This document shows, in pieces, positions 39,601 through 50,000 of a DNA stretch of 64,000 nucleotides (position 1 is its first letter; each line of letters begins with the position of its first letter). The notes below the pieces were generated by a model that saw nothing but the letters and a program-made list of their open reading frames with translations, was not told the DNA's origin and searched no databases. Made by a program: the position numbers and the translations under genes. Source of the DNA: Phoronis australis (taxonomy: Eukaryota > Animalia > Phoronida); contig NMRA01000039.1 of the NCBI GenBank assembly GCA_002633005.1, positions 179,225-243,224 of the forward strand, read 5' to 3'.

Positions 39601-40460
39601 TTTCATGGAAATCCATTAAAGGAACTCCAAAGTTACAGAGGCAAATGTAAAAAAATTGGCACTAAGGGGCACTCCGGTCGTTGCAATTGGTCTGAAGCTT
39701 GCCATCATCTGTTATCAGCTTCATAGAAACATATCTGCCAAATATCACAAAGTTCTTGCAAAGGGTTAAGGAGACAAAATCCCGAATGAGGGGTGCCAGG
39801 TTAGTGAAACCCATCTGAAAATCAATGTCAGTCGCTGTCTCCTAATTAGCAACACAACTGCCAATTTTCATTATTCTTCAAGCGGTTTAACAGACAGAAA
39901 TGCAAACGCATACAAATTATTGATTAAAGCATGTTATTAGCACATGTTTAAGAAGTTTAAATTTATGGCATTCAGAGCATAGTTTTAATATTATGATCAT
40001 AGCCAAGATTAGTCCAGCGAAGCATCACAACAAATAACAGTCTGCACACAATTCGGGTGATCAGATAAACTAATTGTGCATTGGAGTGGAATCAAACCAC
40101 CAAGGAAATATTGTTTTCATTCGATAATCAAAGAGGATATAGTCCTTTATGGAAGTTCACTTGATGCATGACACCAGGTAGAGTAGTCAGGGGGCCCACG
40201 CTATAATGCCAAACAATAGGTGCCACTAAAGAGTACAAAAAACCCATTTTGCACCAGAAAAGTTTATGAATGTGTTACAGGCAAATAACTCTTGGGGAAA
40301 ATCAAGACTTAAAATTTTTTGTTTAAATATTCGCTGACTAGTAAGTGTGATCTCCAAACATGAACCAGACACAAGTGCTTACCTCAAGGCCAAGTCTCCG
40401 CCTGTCAATAAAATCTGGATCAAATTTGTCTGTTGACAGCTTCTGCCATCCATAGCTGAC
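30616..40460 (-). CDS. SNX4: Sorting nexin-4 (PX-BAR); last 10 coding exons
   Basis: Exons 40460-40383, 38937-38866, 37590-37543, 36504-36376, 35177-35050, 34458-34369, 33837-33747, 33011-32857, 32027-31913 and 30663-30616 splice in phase to 317 aa plus stop. Peptides DPDFIDRRRLGLE, LLRIAAHPVLCHDK, ADRLYGIHKIHSNYGRVFSEWSA, MGDGLQSAGHYMD, ILEDEEAFADQLKEY, LFGGDTPEQKE and DIERFKAQK closely match human SNX4 as I recall it. Confidence 0.95.
32440..32760. mobile_element. Possible degenerate MITE in an SNX4 intron
   Basis: Inverted repeat cattttgttgtgtggaa (~32444) and ttccacacaacaaaatg (~32741); no target duplication resolved. Confidence 0.45.
38584..38650. repeat. 20-bp minisatellite, about 3.3 copies
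   Basis: (ttaccacctttga(t/c)atactg) x3 plus ttacca. Confidence 0.9.
39431..39900 (+). mobile_element. Degenerate HINE-like element, copy 3
   Basis: Begins aagagcaacgcagagcattgaaatgcgcccac; has tgccaaatttcatg-type subrepeats and a decayed core (ggcactaaggggcac); 3' end not resolved. Confidence 0.6.
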
Positions 40461-41161
40461 CTAAAACAGTTGGAAACGAACTGTTACTGAGTTAAGCAAA
40501 CTTTTAAACTCTACAATATTTAGCACCTCTTTAAACTCAGCCCAACAGATACAATGTACTTACTTGTGGTTCCTCACAAGCCCACTTTTTAATTACTGAA
40601 TCTGCAGAAACAGTAGAGCACAACTTCCAGAAATACTTGACAATGAAAATAATCAAGCCATTGTGAAGAACAGAATAATTACAGAATATACGTCAACTAC
40701 AACTTTTGTTAATACCTAATACGTATATTGAAATTTGATCCAGCTTTTTATAACCATTGAAATTTCAGCCACTAAAACGTTTGAGTAAAACAGCTTAGTG
40801 TAACCAGTGAACACCGTGCAAATACAAAAACATGATTTCACGATGATTTTAGTGTACTGTATTTGCCCTAACAACCGCCAAGGGCACTTAGAAAAATTCG
40901 TTTCAGGGAGGGCACTTTGTAACCCAAGGCTGTTGAAGGTCTCCGAAACGAGTGAAATCGTAAGCCAAGATTCATCATAACTATGCTCTGTGACGTATCT
41001 GTAATCTATGACGGACTTTCTACAAAATTGGGGTGCAATGCTAACAAACTTTGCTGTTAAATTACGATCATTTCACAGAAAATTGTGCTGAAATCACAGG
41101 GCGAAAATTTGCCATCTGACTGCCTCGCAATCCTCGATATGGCGACTGGAATGCTTGAATA

Positions 41162-42369
41162 ATCAAGAGCAACGCAGAGCGTTGAAATGCGCCCACGAAT
41201 GCATTGCAAATGGTGTGCTTTTATGGTCCTTTATTTGTATCATAAAAATTGCCGCTAGATGGCACAAAAACATACAACCCATCCAAAAACGGGATCATGC
41301 CATATTTCATAAAAATCTGTCAAGGAACTTCAGAGAAACAAAGGAAAACAGATTGCCACAAGTGGGCACAATGTCCATTGGATCCGCTGCAGTGGGTTTT
41401 AAGAGATACAACTATGGGTGCAAAACAAAACTACCACTAGGAGTAGCCACAGTAATCAGTGACCATCATCAAAGGTCATCTTCACACTGAGAACATATAT
41501 GCCAATTTTCAAATGATTTGGTTGATACAGGAATGGACACCAAAAACAAGATTTGAAAACAGCAAAAGTGGCCACTAGGTGGTGCAAAATACCTTGATTC
41601 CATCCAAAAACAGGCAGATAGCATCATCACACCAATAGATGCCTATACTTAAAATTTTCTGAAAATCTGTTGAGGACCTTTGAAGATACTAAGTTAAACG
41701 TAAAAACTAAAATTGACACTAGGGGGCACAGTAGTAGTCAGATCTGTCTGAATGTCGCCATCATCCGTAGACCATATCACATAAATACACTTGCTAAATT
41801 AAGTAAAGATCCTGCGAATGGTTTAGGAGATACAGCCATAGGTGCAACAAAAACAAAATTGCCACTAGGAGGCACCACAGTAGTCGAAATTGTCGGAAAA
41901 TCATCGTCAACCGTCCTCTTTATAGTAAGCACATACATGCCAATTTTCACAAGTACCCTTTCAGCGGTTTGGTTGACAGAGGGGTGGACGCAAAAAAACA
42001 AGACTCGAAAACAGTAAAAATGGTCACTAGGTGGCGCAAACTACATCGAATCCATCCGAAAACGAGAAGATAGAGTCATCTTACTAATAGGTGCCCACTA
42101 ACCAAATTTCATGAAAATCTGTTGAGGACTTTTGACGATACAAAGGTAAGCGTAAAAAATTGCCACTAGGGGGCACACCAGTAGTTGGATCCGTTCGAAA
42201 GTTCGATCATGCCGTCCCATTCACGAACGGAACATATATGCCAAATTTCATGAACGTATGTCAAAGGGTTTTAGAGATGCCGGACGCCGGATGGACGCCG
42301 CCCGGAGCGATGGACGGACGGAGATGACGGCATAATGCGTCCACATATAAAGATGTAGGCACATAAAAA
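41162..42369 (+). mobile_element. HINE-like element, complete copy 4
   Basis: 5' caagagcaacgcagagcgttgaaatgcgcccac; about eight 80-160 bp subrepeats; GGAC/GGACGCC microsatellite at 42280-42322; 3' hairpin atgcgtccacat-ataaag-atgtaggcacat followed by an A-run. This matches the DINE-1/HINE architecture. Confidence 0.78.
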
Positions 42370-42979
42370 TACAGTTTTGACTCAAGCAAATTACCTGAAA
42401 TCCTCCTTAAGTTTTCCAAATAGCGTCCCTAAGATTTTTAAGTTCCCGTGGAGTCGGGATTAATGGCACGTTAAGTACAAATCTGTGCTACATCGTGCCA
42501 TCTATGATCGGCAACACGATAAAAACCTCTGGATGAACACACATGTTGTGTCACGTGACATTTGCTTTGGAGTTCATCTGCGTGTGTTAGTAAGTGAGCA
42601 CGTGCATGTCACCAGAATTCATTTGCCAGTGAGAGTAAACGCAATCTAACAAGCTAGATGTGCATTGTATCTAAAGAAATTAGTACAAGCAGTAGGTCTA
42701 AAGTAGAACGGGTTTCATTCAGCACTTGCCGGTCTCGTGTGCTACATTTGTCTCAGTAAGGCCCATATTAGTCACTGTGTGGCTGGATGCGTACGTGACT
42801 ATCAGTGTAAGCATTCACTGTCAGTGGTCATTTTATCAGATATTTGGCTTTTCTTGCTGATGCTATGCTACCCGTTTCATGAATGCATAGTTCCCGACTA
42901 ATGTCTTTGATGACAGGTACATGTATGTAGCGCACGCTTCTTGGCCACGTGCTTTTGACACTGGCCCAAGATTTTGTTA

Positions 42980-43184
42980 GTCTTTGACTCGTGATTTTAC
43001 GTGTACAAGAGAAATTTGGATTCCTGTCGAGGGCGGGAAATATGTACAATACAATCCCGTTGACAAGTACACTACGTCTGTTCTGAAGGGCCACACCATA
43101 GTGGAATACATTCCTCACAAGGTCAGCAAAACTTTTGTGTTTGTTTTGAAGCACGGCGGAAGTTTGAAGTGTAGTCAAGGCTAA
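42980..43184 (+). pseudogene. Decayed HIRAN-like domain fragment within the DNA transposon
   Basis: EIWIPVEG...NPVDKYTTSVLKGHTIVEYIPHKVSKTFVFVLKHGGSLKC resembles the invertebrate RGYHVYK-IW-P..GE / NP.D.YAVAV / IVGHVP / FL..GG pattern. The RGFHVYK start is frameshifted (cgtgattttacgtgtacaag). Confidence 0.6.
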
Positions 43185-44054
43185 ATACCAACAAAGCAGC
43201 GAGGCTCGTGGTCTACAAATTCTGCACACAATGATTTTTTTTCAGAAATTGTCGGATATTATTGATAAATTGAAGACATTACTGTAGAGTTTTGCAACTG
43301 TAGGTTAGGCATTTTTCGCACGTTCATGTTAATGGACTGGTCACTTATTTTAGCAAAGTCTGAAAACGCGTGGGGGGGCGCTTATAGGGGCATGGATGGT
43401 TATTAGGGCAAATACGGTAAAAATAGTGTGGTGATGAGATGACGATGATGACAATGCGATCATGAAGTTTACATTGCTCATAAGTTTTGTTGAAAACACA
43501 AGATGTATTGGCTCAACCGAGCTTCAAAGCCAGCCTTTGGTAATTTCTCATGGAAGTTCTGTCAAATTGGTAACAATGCATGTAGACGTTGTCCCAAGTA
43601 TCATCATGATTGGACAGAAACAAATAAACATACTAAAATGGACATAAATTCACATTCTAGGAAACATATGAAAAAGAGGGACAGTCACTGTAACTGTACT
43701 ATAGCTTTAACTTTCGTTGGTTTTAATTTATGACTTCATGAGTCAACAGTGTCTTCTATTTCATTCATTTCTATAACTGAAATTTTTGAGTGGTCAATGA
43801 CATCATCGTTTGTGATGTCATCAATAATAACAAGGCAATGAATTTAAGCCAAGAAAGTTCTATTAAGTTACTTACATGCTGAAAATCCTTCAAGCACTTG
43901 TAATAGATGACATTGACATAGATTGAGTACTATCCAAACTCTGGGTAACACAAAAAAGTTATTCCCACATGTGAATTTATATAGAGTGTGAAGTCATCGA
44001 AAGAGGTCAATACGCAAAATACGAGGGATCGCAAATTCAACTCCAGGCATAAAA

Positions 44055-47000
44055 ATGAGCAGTCGATCACGAAAAAAAGGTACGCCCCTAGATATTCGCT
44101 CAGACCACACTATGACACTGTCGTCTTTACACACGGTCGAGAGTATAACAGCAGGATCCAGCCGGAGTATGCAACTAGTACAAAGCAGAAAAACACAGCC
44201 ACCTAAACGGATAGCTCAAAAACCCTCTGGACTGCCGGATATCAAGTTGTCGGAGGTGTACCTTCATCACGACCTACCACATTTAGATCAAGGTTTCGCC
44301 TGGCTAGTGCTAGCAGCCAGCACGTGGCTAACTAGCCTCGTGAGTGGGTTTATTTATTGTCTTGGCATCCTTGTCGAATACTGGAGGTCATACTATGGAT
44401 GTCAAACACCAGGTGCCGTTCTATCGGCAGCCATTATAGGCGCCATGTTTTTTGGAGCAGGTTTGTTCTCCCTATAAGATGCTAAGTCACTCAGTATTGT
44501 ATACATAGATTATAGCCAACAGATTCGCAACTCCGAAATTTTCTTGCAAAATATCCTAGAAGAGGCACAACCCTCAAACTCAGCTTCTGGTTAGTGTATT
44601 AAGATGAGAAAGTATTGCATCTATTTTACTGTCCAGTATAGCAGACGATGAACTTGCCGGAAGTAAAGCGTGTTATGTCTGCCAGGTGTTGTTTAATGAT
44701 AGCGACCTCATGGCTATATGTAAGATCCAAGACTTCGTCCATTGAAAATATACAGAGTTGGCGGTCAGTGTATGGTATATGTCAATACGCTCATGACTGC
44801 AAACAAACACTGACAAAGGGACGTTAACAGAGCAAGTAAATTAACGTGCATCTTCACTCAAAGACCACGTTTTGATTTAGGCCACTGGAATAAACTGATT
44901 TTAACTAACTCCCTCTCAACTGAGATTAGAAATGATGTCTTGGCTGAAGAAAAAATGTCAGTTTGTTTTAGTTTCAGATCAGGTCAATTACTCTTTTCAC
45001 AGTGCTTCAGTTTCAGTAGGCAGAGCAGTACAATTCATTGTGGCCAATTTCAGTTTAATCACAGGATAAGATTGCAATGATGTTAAATGAATACAATAAG
45101 ACTCGCACGATTCAACCAATCACGCTGCATGATTCATGTAGAAATATTTGCAAAATTTTCGCTAAGCATGAAGTGTAATCGGTCAACTTTCTCGAGTCAT
45201 GTTTCGAGAACAGAGGTAAGACCCTGGGCCCTGCACATTTTGTTTATAGCGGCTTTGAATAAAAAGATGCTACAGTAAATCTCAGCATTTTGGACAAAGC
45301 CTAAAATATTCACAAAGCCATACATTTTCGGATCTCTTTTGGCTGTCTAAGAAACTTCTAAAAAACAAATTTTCAACAAGCATAATGATGTTTTATGAAT
45401 TGTATTTATGCCAGGAACGCTGTCCGAGTTTCTGACCAAGAAATATAACTACTGGACGACGGTCATACCGGGCTGCATTCTTTTAAGTGGTGGAGTGGGC
45501 ATGACTGCAATAGCACCTAACATCAGCGTCGTCAACACCACATTGGGGTTATTGGCAGGTAGGGGAAAACACCTCTCGTTCAAGCAGTTTGAACACAGTC
45601 TACCTTTAGTTAAAATAATCATCACAGGGGTAATGTGGTGATATAAGCGCAACCATGTGCATCGTATATACCAGTAACGCAGTCTATGCAGATGATCATT
45701 ACTTTAAACATTTCTAAAAGAGGGGACATAACTTAAAATAGCCTGCAAGGGAGCAAGGCACATCAATAATGCTCTACTCCATTGGAATGCAACTGTCACA
45801 TTTCATTGTAATTCTTCAAATAGCATGACGAATAGGAAGGCGGAAATCAAAGAAAAGACAAAAATAATAAAATGTTACTAGGGGGTAAACCATAGGTCAA
45901 ATCCATTGGAAACAGAGTTAGTGCAACTATCTCCAGGTCTGGAGTTCACCTTATTTACTAAACTTCACCATGATTCATCAACGAACTTGGAAGATTTTTG
46001 AGCCTCGAGTAAAATAACAACTGTTTTGCAGGGATGCCACAGTAGTCGAGCCATAACCTACAATAACTAACTAACTATTAACAAAGCACAGTTTGACAAA
46101 TTGATAATTGCTCAAGATTGATCTTTTACAGGCATGGGGGTAGCATTGGTCTACGCTCCTTCATTAAAAATCTTACAGGAATATTTCAAGGAGCACTTCC
46201 GTATGGCCATGGCAATAGTAATCTCGGTTTCCGGTATAGCGCAAGTGGCTTTTCCAACCTTAGTTCGCTTACTGGTAAACAAACAAGGAAAGACCAGTGC
46301 ATTGACACTAGCAGCGGTATTAATATCAGGTAGTTGCCTATCACTAGAAAAACGTGAGAATTCCATTGTATTGTTGTACCAGCAGAGGTGTTTTCTTAAG
46401 TGGCAAAAATTTATCTAACAGAAGAATTTTGCCCTGTTTAGCTGGCTAACACACAAATATCCAATTAGGTCCTTTATCCTCATAAAATCGAGCTCAGTTT
46501 CATTTTACATAGACAAAAAGAACACCGTAACCATCAGTGACTTAAAAAATGCTTCAGAGTTCTTTGGGTTTTGCCATCCTCAAAATCGGGAATTTGAAAA
46601 TATATTGCATAATACACCGATTGCTTGCAACTTGAGTTGTCAGTTCATTTGACAATAATTCAAGATCAGATGACCATGGGAATAATTCAAATCACAAAGT
46701 CCTTCAGTTAGGAACTCAACACTGATAGCCAAACAGGGGAAAAATGCAACTTTAGGTGACGGTCACTTCTGAATAGACGTATTCATTTAATGACATGTAG
46801 AGTTCAGGGGCCCCTTTCAAGAAGGTGACTTAAGTTCATTTTTGAGTTGCGTCTAAGATTTGTCTCAACTTACAAACTTTAAAACTTCCACGTCCAGTAA
46901 GCTAGTCAAAATTTAGAGAAAGTTAGTAAAAAACTTAAGCCAAACTTATGGTTTCTTCCTTGAAATGAGCTTGAGGCAAATTTAAGTTTTGTCATAAAAT

Positions 47001-50000
47001 TGACTGAAATTTCACATTTGTCTTAATTAAAGTTAGTTTTTTGGGATGGGCCTCTGTTCTATAACTCGACAGACAACTTATATCACAAAATTATGATTAT
47101 AGACACAGCGGACACTTGAACAATTTTGTTTCATGGCAAAACAATTGTTCATGAAACTAGTATTGGCTGATATTTTCTGTCATTGATATTGTAAGTGGAA
47201 AAACTCTAATATAAATTCAAAATTACAGGAATCCCATTTGTGATATTCTATGTCTCGCGCATAAACAAACAAGGTCAGTTGTCAGAAGTCATAAGAAAGC
47301 TGTATTGCATGAAGTCAAATGAAGGACACCCAGGCCAAATACAACTAGATGAGACTGGCTTAGTTCATGTAGGTTACACCATACCACTTAGCAATGAAGA
47401 ATTGCTAGTCAACCAGAAAGAAGTAGAGAGAGTTCTTTCCGCTGGAGTGCATGATGCCAGTAACACACAGGTGGTGCAGTCATCTATCACAAAGCTGCAT
47501 CATTTATACATGCCAACCACCAGACAACCATCTCCTGGCAATCTCTCCGTGCCATCATCAAATCGGTATAAGGGACTAGAAAAGATGAATCCCAAACAGC
47601 AGAAGGCTCTTGTGCATAAAGAACTTCCGGCCAAGCATACAAGAAGCCGTGATGAACACGCAACAGCTGGAACTGCTAAGAAGCTGCCATTCCTGACCAT
47701 TGAACCTTCCTCAGAACAAGAAAGCTCCAGCAGCATCAGCATAGAGCTTGCTGAAGACGTTTCAGGAAGCCGCGTAACAGAGGCTACGAAAAGTGATGCG
47801 ACAGCGGTTTCGAGTGGAGACAGGACAGAGTCGGAGGTGTTATCAGGTCCACCAAGCTCCATGTCGTTCCTCGGATGGAGCAACAATGCAGCTGGTGGCA
47901 GGTATCAGCCTTCAGAAAATAATTCAGCACAAGATGACAAAGCTCTAGCTGGGTACCAAGGAGGCCAGATTTCAGATACCCACAAGCATCTTAAGGAACA
48001 GGAGGTGCTTGAAATTGCCAAACACCAAATGACAGTCATGAAAGATTATTTTTTAGACATGGCTAGAAGACATGCCGAAATTGCCAAACAGGGAAACAAA
48101 GAAAATAGAGCAGCAAATGACGAGAATGCGTATTTAAAATCTTGCCAGAAAACAAGTGCAGAGACTGATTTAAACGAAATTAAAACAGCACCAGTAAACA
48201 ACTCTGCCGTAGAGCAGTGGCAGACTCCATGGGCCAAAGACCAAACTACAAATGCTTTCAGGCAGCAGGCAAGTAATTACACAACCAATGCAAGCACTCC
48301 AAGAGAACAAGTTGCTTTAACTGTTAAGGACTATTTTGTGGGCATGGCAAAACAGCAAGCTCTCTCAGAACTAAAAAATAATTCAGCATCGGGAAATTAC
48401 CCCCTAAGGGCTTCCTTACAAACACAAGATGGAGCAGCAGTGACAAAGAACATTGTCCTCAATGAATTGTTGAAAGCAGCAAAGGTTGTAGAGCCAGTCA
48501 TAGAAACCTTGAGTCCCCCAAGTCAAGGTTTAGACAATACAACTAGCGTTACACACAAGACAATAAATCAGGACACCCGCCAATTTCCATGGGAAGTCTT
48601 TGAAAATAGTGGAAGGGAAAATACCCATGCCTCTTTGGCGAATAATTCTGCAAAAGACAATAAAACAACATCAACATCACATACACAAGAGAGTGAAGAA
48701 ATGACATCTAATACAAAATACCAGATGTTGAGTGAGTTGTTGAAGAGAACCAAGAAAACAGAGGCAACAGTGGAAACGACTGACCATCCCCCAACAACGA
48801 ATACCAGAAACAAAGAAGACCAGGAGACAATGAACATCGCAAAACAACAGATGCATATGATGAGAGATTACTTTTTGGACATGGCAAAGAAGAAAGCTGA
48901 GGAAGAACCCCAAGGTGCCACAGTTTATGAAAGAGTATTACAAAAGCAACAGCAGCAGCAACTCCAAGCACAACAAAGTGCTTTAGGGTCACAGGATACA
49001 AGAAAGAAGACCAGAGATGCTGATTACAGGAATCAAAGAGAAGGGAAAATTAAACTTGAGCAACTACCATATCAGGCAATGTACCCAGCTTCCATACACC
49101 AAAACATGATAGAAGGTAAAACTAAAATGGACAGCTATGAAGACCAAGAAAATGTGAGACAAGAAATTCAACATATTCAAAATTCTGGAAGACAATACAT
49201 GTACCCAGAAAAAGACACCCTTCGACATAGTACAGAGGAGGAACAGAGACGAACTTTACACCCGCAACCAACATACATGGGTTATGAAGAGAAGCTTTAT
49301 GCTCACCCAATTGAAAGGATATTAGAACAAAGGATAATAAATCGAACTCGACAGTTGGACAAAGTCAAACCTGTGGAGGATGAATCAGCAAGGAAACGCA
49401 AATTATTGGACAATCGAGAACAGGGACACCAACCATTTGAAAAACGACATCTTCACCAGCAGAACACTCAGAAAGAGCAGCCACAAGGAAACCATCATGC
49501 ATCTTGGGAGGAGAATAGTGAACCAATCAAAACCCATGAAACAGGTGAACCTAAACGTCGACAAACAACTACTGAGAAAGATCATGAAATGATGAAGCAA
49601 AAACAAGATGTTGTAAAGGAAATTTTGTGGAAATTTCGAAGAAATACCATTTCTGAAAAACCAAGGCTTCAGCCAACTCGGAATACGTCACAATCTGCAG
49701 ACCATGCCCAACCAACACCCATAAAGCCTCTGTCTGATAAAGTACAAAAATATACCAGCATTCTAGAACGTAAATCAGCTGAACACCCTGACACCAATTT
49801 TACAGGAACTAAAATACCTCAACAGTCCTCGCAAGTGAAACATTCTGGGCCACAACATTATGAAATTGAAAATAAGCAGAATGAATCCAAACCACAAGAC
49901 AGAGATGGGGTGAGCTATCTTGAATACTCTACATACTACGATGATTATTACAAAGGATTTAAGAAACCAATGAATATGACACAACAAGGCGACAGACAAC

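Larger units (their letters stand above)
40857..43417. mobile_element. TA-flanked DNA transposon (Tc1/mariner-pogo type CCGTA termini) with a HIRAN-like remnant and a nested HINE
   Basis: ta|ctgtatttgccctaacaacc (from 40855) and ggttattagggcaaatacgg|ta (to 43419) form a 20-bp TIR with 2 mismatches and a TA duplication. Confidence 0.7.

Noticed and set aside
41155-42017. ORFs of 111-115 aa resembling ORFs at 192-652 and 2636-2938
   Set aside because: The similarity comes from the shared non-coding HINE repeat; frames are not conserved between copies.
47500-49999. Many antisense ORFs over the giant exon (likewise 25518-26135)
   Set aside because: Shadows of the biased codon content on the sense strand.
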